Shown here in pieces: positions 30,384 through 40,033 of a DNA stretch of 64,000 nt; the first letter of the stretch is position 1; every line of letters starts with the position of its first letter. This DNA is from an uncultured virus (IMG/VR IMGVR_UViG_3300034106_004008) (lineage: Duplodnaviria; Heunggongvirae; Uroviricota; Caudoviricetes). The notes beneath the pieces were generated by a model that was not told where the DNA came from, did no database searches, and worked only from the letters and a program-made list of their open reading frames with translations. Location: the IMG/VR virus record IMGVR_UViG_3300034106_004008, positions 1 through 64,000 of that record, one strand, 5' to 3'. Both the position numbers and the translations under genes were made by a program.

Positions 30384-30483
30384 ACCATAAAACTGTGGGT
30401 AAAAAAAGGGGGCGAAAGTCCCCTTTTTATTTGCATATTAAATTTAATTCACTTATCTTTGAACTATCAAAAACAAAACGAGT

Positions 30484-30732
30484 ATGAGCAAACCGAAATT
30501 TTATCAAGCAGTCCTTCAAGAAGTGAATGGAAATGTACTTGACCTGGTGTACCCACATTTGAAAGGAAAGGGACAAATGACAATGACCGAGAGAATGGGG
30601 AGTGAGAATGCAGAATGTGAACAATGTGGCGAGAATGAATGGTGGTTGTTTCCCAAAGAAAGTGTTATTGTTGCACAAGGTGGAAAACCTTATATTGAAT
30701 GCTTAAATTGTGGGCATGTTACTCACTTGTAA
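30484..30732 (+). CDS. zinc-ribbon protein
   Basis: CEQC..CLNC. Confidence 0.7.
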   Translation: MSKPKFYQAVLQEVNGNVLDLVYPHLKGKGQMTMTERMGSENAECEQCGENEWWLFPKESVIVAQGGKPYIECLNCGHVTHL

Positions 30733-30769
30733 ATTTGCACATTAAATTTAATTCACTTATCTTTGTATT

Positions 30770-30886
30770 ATGAAATTGAAAAGGACAGCACACGATTACT
30801 TTTATTACTTTGTTGTGATATTTGGAGTGTTGGTAATAACACTACATTTTATTGCCCTTATCTTTCGTATATTAACTAAACTATAA
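30770..30886 (+). CDS. small membrane peptide (probably leaderless)
   Basis: 38-aa hydrophobic ORF; ATG 4 nt after promoter. Confidence 0.5.
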   Translation: MKLKRTAHDYFYYFVVIFGVLVITLHFIALIFRILTKL

Positions 30887-30890
30887 CGCT

Positions 30891-31112
30891 ATGAGTATGT
30901 ATTCAAACTATGACTATTGGTTGCGAAATTTGAGTTCAAATAACTTTCACCAAGAAGAAGCAAACTTAATGTGGGTTATTGAATACAAGGGTGCGAAGAA
31001 AGAAGCGATTGAATGTGCAAAGAACAAGTTGAATACTCTCATAAAAATCAAAGAAGAACGCCAAGCGTATGAACAACATATACAAAAAGGAAAACACCTA
31101 TTTGGTGTTTGA
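30891..31112 (+). CDS. hypothetical protein
   Basis: ORF in small operon. Confidence 0.65.
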   Translation: MSMYSNYDYWLRNLSSNNFHQEEANLMWVIEYKGAKKEAIECAKNKLNTLIKIKEERQAYEQHIQKGKHLFGV

Positions 31113-31308
31113 AAGAGGAACAGACCAACCCTTGCGTTGGAAGTCCGATAACAAATTGTTTTTTGCGGGAAGCGTTGATGACGCACTTGAGGGTTTACCT
31201 CATGGTGAGTTTGTCGCGATCCAAGTTAGCCAGTGTTCAAAGGAAATACAAACCGAGTATGAACAACTGATTGACGAGAAAATAAAAAGTGGTGAAATCG
31301 AAGTTTAA
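31069..31308 (+). CDS. hypothetical protein
   Basis: ORF in small operon. Confidence 0.65.
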   Translation: MNNIYKKENTYLVFERGTDQPLRWKSDNKLFFAGSVDDALEGLPHGEFVAIQVSQCSKEIQTEYEQLIDEKIKSGEIEV

Positions 31309-31359
31309 CTTGCGAGTTAAATTTATTGCACTTATATTTGCATCATCAAAAACAAACCT

Positions 31360-31677
31360 ATGAACAAAGATAAATCATACCGACACAATCTTCGCATTGA
31401 ATTGCAACGAAAGGAAATCATTGAGGATATTAAGACCGAAATGATATGCAACAACGCACAAGAGATAAACCTGCATGGTGGTATTATCTTTAACTACATT
31501 GATGACCAAATGAACGAGGTTATTGGTGGGGTTACACTTGATGAACGAGTGTTTATTGATAGTGGACACGATATGGACACCATTTCTTTGCAAGACCTTT
31601 CAACCGACCAACTTATTTGTTTGTTGAAGATGATTGAGGAAAAGGAATTTGAGGTTACGGAATTGCTTGAAGAATAA
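31360..31677 (+). CDS. hypothetical protein
   Basis: own promoter. Confidence 0.75.
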   Translation: MNKDKSYRHNLRIELQRKEIIEDIKTEMICNNAQEINLHGGIIFNYIDDQMNEVIGGVTLDERVFIDSGHDMDTISLQDLSTDQLICLLKMIEEKEFEVTELLEE

Positions 31678-31753
31678 TTTTAATTTTTTTGCAGTAAAAT
31701 TTGCAAGTTAAATTTATTGCACTTATATTTGCATCATCAAAAAACGATACAAT

Positions 31754-32269
31754 ATGAACAAAGAACAAATCATCTTCAATGCGATTAACGATGGCGGAAG
31801 TGCCACCTTCGCAACAATCATTGCCAATGTTGAACAAGACATGGTAAAAACAGGTAATCCTTTGCGTAAGGCGAATGTTACCAAACTTGTAAACTACAAG
31901 TTTTTGCTTAATGCTGTGTACCAAAATGCAGTAAACAATCAGCGTGTTCGTGAGGGCAAAGAAGCCGATTTTCAAGCCAAAAGTAATTGGCACGAGAAAG
32001 TTTACGATAGCAAGAATGGTGCAATCGTAAGAAGCAAGAAAGCACAAGACAAAATGTATTTGTCGGGCATTGTTGAAAGTGCAGAAGTGTTGCAATACTT
32101 TGTTGATGGCAAAGAAGCCACCGCAGAAGAAGTGGAAATCATCAAGAACTTTAAGCGAGTTTCAAGTGCCGCAAATCAAGGTGTTGCAGATGAAGTAATC
32201 TTCCGCACAATCAAGATTGAGGGCATTAAGGAAGTGAGAGCCAACAAGAATGTAATCGCTTTCAAGTAA
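31754..32269 (+). CDS. hypothetical protein, paralog of 42125..42646
   Basis: shared KTGNPLR..TKLV.Y..LLNA.YQN.VNN.R.REGKEADF. Confidence 0.85.
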   Translation: MNKEQIIFNAINDGGSATFATIIANVEQDMVKTGNPLRKANVTKLVNYKFLLNAVYQNAVNNQRVREGKEADFQAKSNWHEKVYDSKNGAIVRSKKAQDKMYLSGIVESAEVLQYFVDGKEATAEEVEIIKNFKRVSSAANQGVADEVIFRTIKIEGIKEVRANKNVIAFK

Positions 32270-32294
32270 GCGAGAAAGCCGAAACAAGAAAAGG

Positions 32295-32400
32295 GGAGCA
32301 ATCCCCTTTTTTTTTATTTAACATAATACGAGAGTAAAGGGCAGGTTCCCTTAGAACACCCCAGCCACCTTTTGAGTGCCCGCCCTTCCTTAATTGGACA
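32295..32400 (-). ncRNA. candidate structured small RNA
   Basis: promoter copy ~32404-32435 on -, no ATG ORF; AAGGGCGGG/CCTGCCCTT stem enclosing two short hairpins; ends at shared terminator. Confidence 0.55.
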
Positions 32401-32530
32401 ATACAAAGGTAAATGTATTTTTTTTAATGTGCAAACTTTAATGTAAGTTTTTTTTATCTTTTTTTTGTGATAAAGTTTGCAAGTTAAATTTATTTTGTTT
32501 ATCTTTGTATCAACAAAACAAACAAACAAT

Positions 32531-32848
32531 ATGTTATTAATCGGATTAAAAACAGACTACACCTGCGTTGGAGTTTATGACACCGACTATTCAAGCGTTC
32601 GCCACCAACAAACAGATATTATCGCAGGTAGTCCAAGCGACACAAAGGAAACCCTTTCCGAACTTTACCACGAAATGGTTAAAAAAGCCGAAAGAAGTCA
32701 AAATAAGTTAAGTAAGATTGAAAATGAATTGGAGTATTCTAATATGACTGAAGCGGAGTATCTTCGTAAAACAACTAAACTATTGGCTGATATTAAGATT
32801 TTAAAGTATGACCGAGTGTTGATTGTTGATGGTATTATTTTGAAATAA
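32531..32848 (+). CDS. hypothetical protein
   Basis: own promoter. Confidence 0.75.
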   Translation: MLLIGLKTDYTCVGVYDTDYSSVRHQQTDIIAGSPSDTKETLSELYHEMVKKAERSQNKLSKIENELEYSNMTEAEYLRKTTKLLADIKILKYDRVLIVDGIILK

Positions 32849-32901
32849 AATTTGCAAGTTAAAAAAACTACACTTATCTTTGTATCAAGAAATCAAACGA
32901 T

Positions 32902-33201
32902 ATGCACAAAGCGACATTGAACTATTGGAACCCAAGAAACGAAACGGTTGTAACCGAAACGGGTTTTTGTTACCTTGATAAGACATCGGTTATCACCAGT
33001 ACAAAGGAAATTGCGGACATAACCGAGATAGGTTTGTTTGAACAATTCTATAAACTGAATAATCGTTTAAGATATTGCAACGGGAGTTATTACAAGTTTC
33101 AAGACAACGAGTGGGAACAAAAGTACCAAGCGTGGTTAAAGTCCGATGACTATAAAAAGAAATCGTTTGACCTTTACTACGGGAACGGAGTTGTTGATTA
33201 A
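32902..33201 (+). CDS. hypothetical protein
   Basis: own promoter. Confidence 0.75.
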   Translation: MHKATLNYWNPRNETVVTETGFCYLDKTSVITSTKEIADITEIGLFEQFYKLNNRLRYCNGSYYKFQDNEWEQKYQAWLKSDDYKKKSFDLYYGNGVVD

Positions 33202-33237
33202 TTTGCACATTAAATTTATTTCGTTTATCTTTGTGAT

Positions 33238-33453
33238 ATGGAAAACGAAATCGATCAATTAAAGCACCGCCTTGCAATGGTTAAAGATGACTTGGATGTT
33301 ATCCGAAAGTTTATCTATGAGAACGGGTTGGCAAAACAATTTGAGCAACCAACGGGAATGGCTGACGAGTGTTGGACACACTTAAACAACATTGAAATTG
33401 CTTGCGACCTTTCAACCGATGAACCATTAAGTTGGAAACCATTTGCGAGTTAA
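33238..33453 (+). CDS. hypothetical protein (probably leaderless)
   Basis: ATG 4 nt after promoter; ends FAS* inside next promoter. Confidence 0.75.
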   Translation: MENEIDQLKHRLAMVKDDLDVIRKFIYENGLAKQFEQPTGMADECWTHLNNIEIACDLSTDEPLSWKPFAS

Positions 33454-33477
33454 ATTTATTATACTTATATTTGCATT

Positions 33478-33708
33478 ATGTTTCAAGTACAATCAAATCA
33501 ATACATACCCCGTAAGGGTAAAAGCACACCGAGTGGTATGCCTATGTGTGCGACATACTATTATGTTACCAACGAACGAGGGCAAGTGGTAAGCCACAAA
33601 ACCTTAAAACCTTATAGAGGTAAGGACTTGGCTAACTATTGGTTTCACGATAAACAAAGTGCTGAAAACTTTGCAAATAAATTGAATGAAAATTTGCAGG
33701 TTAAATAA
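33478..33708 (+). CDS. hypothetical protein (probably leaderless)
   Basis: ATG 4 nt after promoter. Confidence 0.7.
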   Translation: MFQVQSNQYIPRKGKSTPSGMPMCATYYYVTNERGQVVSHKTLKPYRGKDLANYWFHDKQSAENFANKLNENLQVK

Positions 33709-33744
33709 ATTACATTTATCTTTGTATCAACAAAACGAAACGAT

Positions 33745-34095
33745 ATGAAAGCATTTAAGATTAACACCGCTGACCGCAAAATCGAAGAAATTGAAATCAA
33801 CGATTGGAAAGACATTGCACCTGCTATTGGTAATGGTTGCGAAACCTTCGCTTGTCCTGTAACATTCGAGAACAACGACACAATCTACACCGATGATGAG
33901 GGGTTGTATCATCCGTTTGATGGTGGGTTTATGATGGCGGACTGGCAATACCCTATTGTAGGAAACGCTATCTTACAAGGTACTGATGATGATGGCGAAA
34001 GCACCGAGCCAATCACAACAAAAGAAGAATTGGAAGCAATGGTTATTTGGGTGGACAAAGCCACTTGCGACCGATGGGCTGCACAATTTAACTAA
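33745..34095 (+). CDS. DUF3846-like protein
   Basis: YTDDEGL and PIVGNAIL motifs. Confidence 0.6.
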   Translation: MKAFKINTADRKIEEIEINDWKDIAPAIGNGCETFACPVTFENNDTIYTDDEGLYHPFDGGFMMADWQYPIVGNAILQGTDDDGESTEPITTKEELEAMVIWVDKATCDRWAAQFN

Positions 34096-34152
34096 AAAAC
34101 TTGCGAGTTAAATTTATTACACATATCTTTGTATCAACAAAAACAAACAAAT

Positions 34153-34392
34153 ATGTTAAAAGTAACCGACTTCGCAAAAGATTACCACGATGACCGAGAA
34201 AGGGCATTCAAAGTGTTGAGCAGTTGTAACAACTTTTTGCAACTGAAAACCGCAAGAAATTACTTTGAGGCGGTAAAACAAAAATGGGGTTATGCCCAAA
34301 GTATCAATCCAACAATTAAACTTATGGTTGATACCGATGAAGAGAAGTTTATCAAAAAACTTCAAAGTATGGAAGTATCATTGATTTGTTAA
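34153..34392 (+). CDS. hypothetical protein
   Basis: own promoter and terminator. Confidence 0.75.
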   Translation: MLKVTDFAKDYHDDRERAFKVLSSCNNFLQLKTARNYFEAVKQKWGYAQSINPTIKLMVDTDEEKFIKKLQSMEVSLIC

Positions 34393-34532
34393 ATTGCTTG
34401 TTTGTTTATTTGATGATTGGGTGGGGGAAATCCCCACCCTTTTTTGTTTATAACAATGTGGATAACTTAGATCCCTGAAATTTGCAAGTTAAATTTATTT
34501 CATTTATCTTTGTATCAACAAAAACAAACAAA

Positions 34533-34808
34533 ATGGCAATCAAGCAAACGGACATTCGTTTAATGGAGCTAAAGAGTAAGTTGGTTAAGTTTAATGACCG
34601 AGCAACAGAAATTTTGGGTGAGAAAACAACATTGATGTTTAAGTTGGAGAACGGGCACATACACCCTATTCTTTGTCTTATGAAAGTACACGCACTGGAC
34701 TTTGAGATGTGTCTTATCAACGAAGAAGTTAATGAACTTAAAACGGAGTTTGAAACAATACAAATGGTTAGCGAACTTAACATTGATTTTTCAACCGAAG
34801 ATTTTTGA
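34533..34808 (+). CDS. hypothetical protein
   Basis: own promoter. Confidence 0.7.
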   Translation: MAIKQTDIRLMELKSKLVKFNDRATEILGEKTTLMFKLENGHIHPILCLMKVHALDFEMCLINEEVNELKTEFETIQMVSELNIDFSTEDF

Positions 34809-34870
34809 GGTAAAATTTGCAAGTTAAATTTATTTCATTTATCTTTGTATCATAATCAAAAATAAACAAG

Positions 34871-35227
34871 ATGAAAAAAGTATTCTTTATCGCAGTTGTG
34901 TTGTTCGGAGTAACAACCGCAAAAGCACAAACAACCAACAAGGTTGATGTTGTTGACACCCTTGAAACTTGCTCAAAGTTAGCACAAAACAAACTTACTT
35001 TGCCAACAAACATTTCCGAAGAAATGACAATTTCAAGGAACGCAAGTAACGGAACATTAGTTGCTACATTCACAAAGCATTTGGCAGAAAGTGATATTGA
35101 GTTGGTTAAAAACTACATAAACTATTATTATGAAAGGTGGCAACCAAAGGGTAGTAAATATAATAGTTCAGCACCCGATATTGACAACAAAAAAAATAAG
35201 TGTGTCATAACATTCTATAAACTTTAA
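34871..35227 (+). CDS. secreted hypothetical protein
   Basis: Sec signal MKKVFFIAVVLFGVTTAKA-Q. Confidence 0.75.
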   Translation: MKKVFFIAVVLFGVTTAKAQTTNKVDVVDTLETCSKLAQNKLTLPTNISEEMTISRNASNGTLVATFTKHLAESDIELVKNYINYYYERWQPKGSKYNSSAPDIDNKKNKCVITFYKL

Positions 35228-35338
35228 TTCTTTCCGATTGAAAAAAGGGGTGGAGAAATCCGCCCTTTTTTTTTGTGTTAAAATTTGCAAGTTAAATTTA
35301 TTTCATTTATATTTGTATCAACAAAAACAAACAAGCAA

Positions 35339-35743
35339 ATGGAAACTTTAATCAAAGAAACAAAAAGAATTTTAGCGGGTTGGGATATGCCCGAAGTTGA
35401 AGATGAAATGGAAGCACAAATCTATTGGGAAGATTTTGTGTACGAAGTAAAAACAATGATGAAGAAAATGCGTACAAAGAAATTCTTTTGTTACGGACTT
35501 TCTTTGACTTGGAGAAATGTTGCAGGGTACACCGAATTTGAAACGGATAGTGCAGAAACTTTAATCCGTAAACTTGCACCGAACACTGGGGAGTTTACAA
35601 TGTTGTTTCACCCGACCGACAACAAGGGTATCATTGAAGTTGTTATTTCTCACCACGATAAACCAATGGGGGAAACAATGTACCTTATGTCGCAGTCAAT
35701 GGAAAAGAAACAAGGTATCAAAGAAACATATTTTGACCGCTAA
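35339..35743 (+). CDS. hypothetical protein (SHHDKPMG)
   Basis: own promoter and terminator. Confidence 0.78.
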   Translation: METLIKETKRILAGWDMPEVEDEMEAQIYWEDFVYEVKTMMKKMRTKKFFCYGLSLTWRNVAGYTEFETDSAETLIRKLAPNTGEFTMLFHPTDNKGIIEVVISHHDKPMGETMYLMSQSMEKKQGIKETYFDR

Positions 35744-35831
35744 TTGTGGATAAGAAAGGGGAAGAAATTCCCCTTTTTATTTGCACATTAAATTTATTTC
35801 ATTTATTTTTGTTATATCAAAAACAAAACAA

Positions 35832-36152
35832 ATGGAAAATTTTAATCAAGTATGTGTTTGGCACGGAACAATTGTTGGAAAGAGTTGTGCCAAAGATTTT
35901 GAAAATTGGCTCAAAGAAGAGTTTAATGTTCGCGGAGTTTATTGCGAAGAAGTTTTAACTTTGCCAACACCTGGCGAAGAGGGAACAGGTGGAAGAAACG
36001 ATTTGTTCTTTCGTGTCCACGATGAAGATGTTATGAAGTTCGCAGTACCACGATTGCAGATTGGTATTCGTTGGTGGGAAGATGTTTTGAACAACGGAAA
36101 CGAAGTTTTATATCCGCAAGAAACATTGGACAAATATCCAAAAACTTGGTAA
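35832..36152 (+). CDS. conserved phage protein (GTGGRNDLFF / GIRWWED)
   Basis: own promoter. Confidence 0.78.
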   Translation: MENFNQVCVWHGTIVGKSCAKDFENWLKEEFNVRGVYCEEVLTLPTPGEEGTGGRNDLFFRVHDEDVMKFAVPRLQIGIRWWEDVLNNGNEVLYPQETLDKYPKTW

Positions 36153-36225
36153 AAATGTGTTGAAAACTTGTGAGTTAAATTTATTATATATACCTTTGCA
36201 CTCACAAAATTAGGAAAAAGAAAAA

Positions 36226-36429
36226 ATGGAAAACACAAAAACTTGGTACGAGGTATTTCGCACAAATGATGATGAAAGCACCGAAACCATATTCGCTGAT
36301 GAAAACTTGGAAACTTGCGTAAAGGTTTACCGAAAGGAAAAGATTACCGACAAGACAATCAAAATTGACAAATGGTTGTCCGCACCTTTCTTGGAATTTC
36401 CAATCCCTTACCAATCAATACTGAATTAA
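36226..36429 (+). CDS. hypothetical protein
   Basis: own promoter. Confidence 0.7.
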   Translation: MENTKTWYEVFRTNDDESTETIFADENLETCVKVYRKEKITDKTIKIDKWLSAPFLEFPIPYQSILN

Positions 36430-36431
36430 CA

Positions 36432-36602
36432 ATGGAACATTCGGTATTGATTGTTGAGGAGATACGGCTCAAAGAACGATATAAAACTTTGTCCGAGTTG
36501 TGGGAACCTAATAGCAAACATAGAACCCACACAAAGATTTCAAAAGAAATGGATAAAGTTTTGGATCGATTAAAAGAAATTAAAAAAATACTTGCGAGTT
36601 AA
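36432..36602 (+). CDS. hypothetical protein
   Basis: ATG 36432; ends LAS* inside next promoter. Confidence 0.6.
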   Translation: MEHSVLIVEEIRLKERYKTLSELWEPNSKHRTHTKISKEMDKVLDRLKEIKKILAS

Positions 36603-36644
36603 ATTTATTACACTTATCTTTGCTGTATCAAAAAACAAAACGAT

Positions 36645-37019
36645 ATGAACAATCCATTTCCAAAAGCACCTTCGGGTAGCTACAAACAAATCCTTATTGA
36701 GGGTTTAAGAAACATTGGTGAGAACAAGGTAGCTGATGAATTCGCCAACGGCAGTATGAAACTTGCAATCGTTTCAAGTATCACGGGAAGCGTTAAGTTA
36801 TTCCCCGAACTGAACGAGGTTTGCGAGAGGGCATTGAATGCAGTTGATGTGAATGACAATGTTCGTTATTACTTTTGGGGTATTGCGAACGGACAATTTG
36901 CAATCGCTTCAAGCAATGTTGATTTCATCTATAACAAAGATGATAAAGAAGCGGAAGCGTATGCAAAGATGAGAGCTAATTTGAGCGACAAAGAGGTTAT
37001 ACAACCTTACTTTTCATAG
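36645..37019 (+). CDS. hypothetical protein
   Basis: own promoter and terminator. Confidence 0.75.
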   Translation: MNNPFPKAPSGSYKQILIEGLRNIGENKVADEFANGSMKLAIVSSITGSVKLFPELNEVCERALNAVDVNDNVRYYFWGIANGQFAIASSNVDFIYNKDDKEAEAYAKMRANLSDKEVIQPYFS

Positions 37020-37122
37020 AACTTGATTTGTTTTCATATTTGAAAAAGGTGGGCGGAGAAATCTGCCCCTTTTTTTTGTATTAAAATTTGCAAGTTAAAT
37101 TTATTTCACTTATCTTTGAACT

Positions 37123-37341
37123 ATGAAATCAAACAAGCAATACGATGTGTTAAGTCCCGATGGGTTTAGCATTCATTTCAGCGACACTTACAATAGTGTT
37201 GAGGAAGCAAAGAACGCCTTAACTGAATGGAAGAAGCGTTACGAGTTTCAAGGTTACTATTCATCAACGAACTATGGTAGAATTCCGTTAGACGAGTTGG
37301 AAAACTATTGTGAAATCATTGAGGTTGAATTATGCGAATAA
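37123..37341 (+). CDS. hypothetical protein (probably leaderless)
   Basis: SPDGF..QGYYSS; ATG 4 nt after promoter. Confidence 0.75.
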   Translation: MKSNKQYDVLSPDGFSIHFSDTYNSVEEAKNALTEWKKRYEFQGYYSSTNYGRIPLDELENYCEIIEVELCE

Positions 37342-37496
37342 ACAAGTTTAGAATTCGGAAAGCGTGGGAATGCTATCTGAATGGAAGGAAACAAAAACGA
37401 AGCATTTACTGGTCAATCCGTTTGGCCCTATGGTGGTTTAACTCTGGGTATAACTTTGTTGGGGATAAAAAAATTGAAACAAAGTTTGCAAGTTAA
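37332..37496 (+). CDS. small hypothetical protein
   Basis: 54-aa ORF below track cutoff, ends FAS* inside next promoter. Confidence 0.5.
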   Translation: MRINKFRIRKAWECYLNGRKQKRSIYWSIRLALWWFNSGYNFVGDKKIETKFAS

Positions 37497-37713
37497 ATTT
37501 ATTTAACTTATCTTTAAACTATGAAAAGATTAACAGCAAGACAAAGAATGGTTTGTTTGGGGCAATTAATTCTTTTTTCACCACTTATTCTTTATAGCAT
37601 TTGGGTGATTTGTAAACAACGATATAACTAAAATATGGCGAAAGCAAGGTAGAAAGAACGTAATAGTTAAACAAGGTTGGCGATGAGTACAATATAAGAA
37701 AAACTTTTAAGTT

Positions 37714-38055
37714 ATGAAAAGACAGGAAATCATAGACAAGTTGGTAGATAACGACATCAACACAATCATATCGGAACACGAACGAGGTGACAATAGTTAT
37801 GTTGCCAGTATATTTGAATACGGGATGAAAGGGTATGCGAATTTCACCGATAAAGAATTGGTTACTGAATACAAGGAAATTTTTGATGAGGTTATTGAAA
37901 TTGAATACGACCTTTATTGCGAAAATTGTGGTTGGATTGGTGGTAAGGATGAGTTGAAATCGGTAATGGTTGACAACGAACATAATCCACAAGACCATAC
38001 TTTGTATGAGGAAAAAGTTTGTCCTGAATGTGGTAAAGATAATTTTGCAGAATAA
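37714..38055 (+). CDS. zinc-ribbon protein
   Basis: CENC..CPEC. Confidence 0.75.
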   Translation: MKRQEIIDKLVDNDINTIISEHERGDNSYVASIFEYGMKGYANFTDKELVTEYKEIFDEVIEIEYDLYCENCGWIGGKDELKSVMVDNEHNPQDHTLYEEKVCPECGKDNFAE

Positions 38056-38093
38056 AATTTGCACATTAAATTTATTTCATTTATCTTTGTGTT

Positions 38094-38237
38094 ATGAAAA
38101 ACGAAACACAAGATTGGAAACAAGGTTTGTCAGAAAGACACATTGCTCAAATCATTCGTAGGAATATGATAACAAGGAGCAAACCTTCGGGTAAAACATA
38201 TAACCGAAAAAAACTTAAACAAAAGTTTGCAAGTTAA
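38094..38237 (+). CDS. small basic protein (probably leaderless)
   Basis: 47-aa ORF; ATG 4 nt after promoter; ends FAS* in next promoter. Confidence 0.6.
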   Translation: MKNETQDWKQGLSERHIAQIIRRNMITRSKPSGKTYNRKKLKQKFAS

Positions 38238-38277
38238 ATTTATTTCGTTTATCTTTGAACTATCAAAACAAAAAAAT

Positions 38278-38475
38278 ATGAAAAAAGTTAAAGTTATCCC
38301 ATTCGTGCTTTCAATCCTTGGTTTGATAACCATTGGAGTAAGCGTTGGACTTGCCCTGCAATCAAAGGGTTACATCAAGAACGAAGAGTTTGCATTCTTC
38401 TTCGGAACAGGTTTATTGTTTCTATTCATTTTATTCCTTTCTTTGAATGCGAATAAAAATGATTTCACTTGGTAA
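38278..38475 (+). CDS. two-TM membrane protein
   Basis: own promoter; two hydrophobic helices. Confidence 0.7.
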   Translation: MKKVKVIPFVLSILGLITIGVSVGLALQSKGYIKNEEFAFFFGTGLLFLFILFLSLNANKNDFTW

Positions 38476-38512
38476 AAAATTTGCACATTAAATTTATTTC
38501 GTTTATCTTTGT

Positions 38513-38675
38513 ATTAAATAACAAGTAGAAACAATCCCGCCCCAGTTTCTTGTTTCGTGCACGGGAAGGATTTATAAGGTGGGTGAGAACGGATGACGTT
38601 TGTCTTTTGTAATCCGTCAATAAACAGAAAAAGGCAAAATGCATTTAATTGGGGAAAGAAATTTCCCCTTTTTTT
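38513..38675 (+). ncRNA. candidate structured small RNA
   Basis: between promoter 38480-38511 and terminator ~38650-38675; no credible ORF; stems AACAAG-TA-GAAAC/GTTTCTTGTT and ACGGAT/ATCCGT. Confidence 0.5.
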
Positions 38676-38738
38676 GAATTAAAATTTGCAAGTTAAATTT
38701 ATTTCACTTATCTTTGTATCAACAAAAACAAACAAACA

Positions 38739-38891
38739 ATGAAAGATATTAAAGAAATGTTCATCACGCTGAATGATTTTCGCAAGGAAGATCCGAAAGA
38801 GTTTTATGGTTCAGTCGCCTTTATGATTTTTATGTCTGCGTTTCTTTACGCATCACTTTGGTTCGCGGCAATCATTGAGGGGAGAGTTTAA
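38739..38891 (+). CDS. small membrane protein
   Basis: 50-aa ORF with own promoter and C-terminal TM. Confidence 0.65.
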   Translation: MKDIKEMFITLNDFRKEDPKEFYGSVAFMIFMSAFLYASLWFAAIIEGRV

Positions 38892-38927
38892 TTTGCATAT
38901 TAAAAATAAAATGTTTATATTTGTAGT

Positions 38928-39305
38928 ATGAAACAAATACTTTTAACACTCATTTGCTTAACTACCTTTGTTGGAGTTAAAGCGAGTACAAACCCGAAAG
39001 AGCCCAAACTTGTTTTGGAGGTTCACTACACAAACGAAACGGATATAGCCAAACTAAACGCTTTGCAGTCCGACCCCGAATTTTGTTGTGTCTTTGATAT
39101 TAAAGTGGCGAAAACCACAAAGGAAAGTTACACCGAGATAAGACACAAAGAAACAAATGTTTTGCTGGGAACATTCTATGGTGCAACACCTTCGGTTGAT
39201 TTTGTTATGGAGATATACAACAAACAACTTACACCCGAATATGTTGAGTACATTGTACCACGAATATTGTTGCTTGAAAAGACAATGCAAGTAACGAAAG
39301 ATTAA
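38928..39305 (+). CDS. secreted hypothetical protein (probably leaderless)
   Basis: signal peptide ending VKA; ATG 4 nt after promoter. Confidence 0.72.
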   Translation: MKQILLTLICLTTFVGVKASTNPKEPKLVLEVHYTNETDIAKLNALQSDPEFCCVFDIKVAKTTKESYTEIRHKETNVLLGTFYGATPSVDFVMEIYNKQLTPEYVEYIVPRILLLEKTMQVTKD

Positions 39306-39418
39306 GTTTGATTTGATACGAAAATTGGAAGAAAGAAATTTCTTCCTTTTTTTTTGCAAAAAATTTGCACATTAAATTTAATCTATATACTTTTACATCA
39401 TAATCAAAAACAAACCCT

Positions 39419-39607
39419 ATGAAAAAGTTATTTATTTTATTGTTGGTTTCAGTTATGGCAACGGGAACAAGTTTTGCAAACGATGGTATCAAGTTAAAGA
39501 AACATAAAAAACGCACAAAGTATGTTCAGTGCGATGCGTACAAAACACACTATGCACCGATTAAACCTGAAAGACACAAGCACCACACTTGCGATGCTTA
39601 TAACTAA
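39419..39607 (+). CDS. small secreted basic protein with two CDAY motifs
   Basis: signal peptide ending SFA; QCDAY..TCDAY. Confidence 0.7.
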   Translation: MKKLFILLLVSVMATGTSFANDGIKLKKHKKRTKYVQCDAYKTHYAPIKPERHKHHTCDAYN

Positions 39608-39691
39608 AAAAAGAAAGGGGAAGAAATTCCCCTTTTTATTTGCAAGTTAAATTTATTTCATTTATCTTTGCATCAACAAATCAAACAAACA

Positions 39692-39919
39692 ATGGCAAAA
39701 GTAAATTTAGACAAACACATTTGGGAGGGTTGGACAGTTCGCGACTTCATCAACGACTTGGAGCCAACATTCAATCAAATTCAATCAAACGCTTCAAGTT
39801 GGGGTAACAAAGGTTTCACAACAAAAGAAGAGGTTAAAAAGTGGTGCATGGAAAATCAGCCGTACTACAAAAAACACATTCCCGATGTTGTAAACTATTT
39901 CGCGGAAAAGATAAAATAA
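39692..39919 (+). CDS. conserved phage protein (IWEGWTV / NQPYYKK)
   Basis: own promoter and terminator. Confidence 0.78.
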   Translation: MAKVNLDKHIWEGWTVRDFINDLEPTFNQIQSNASSWGNKGFTTKEEVKKWCMENQPYYKKHIPDVVNYFAEKIK

Positions 39920-40033
39920 ATTTGTTGTTCATAATGTTTGAAAAGGGGGTAAAGAAATTTACCCTTTTTTTATGTTAAAATTTGCAAGTTAAATTTATTT
40001 CGTTTATCTTTGAACTATCAAAACAAACAAACA

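Noticed and set aside
32330..32400. Hammerhead ribozyme
   Set aside because: Three-way junction is present but the CUGANGA / GAAA core is absent
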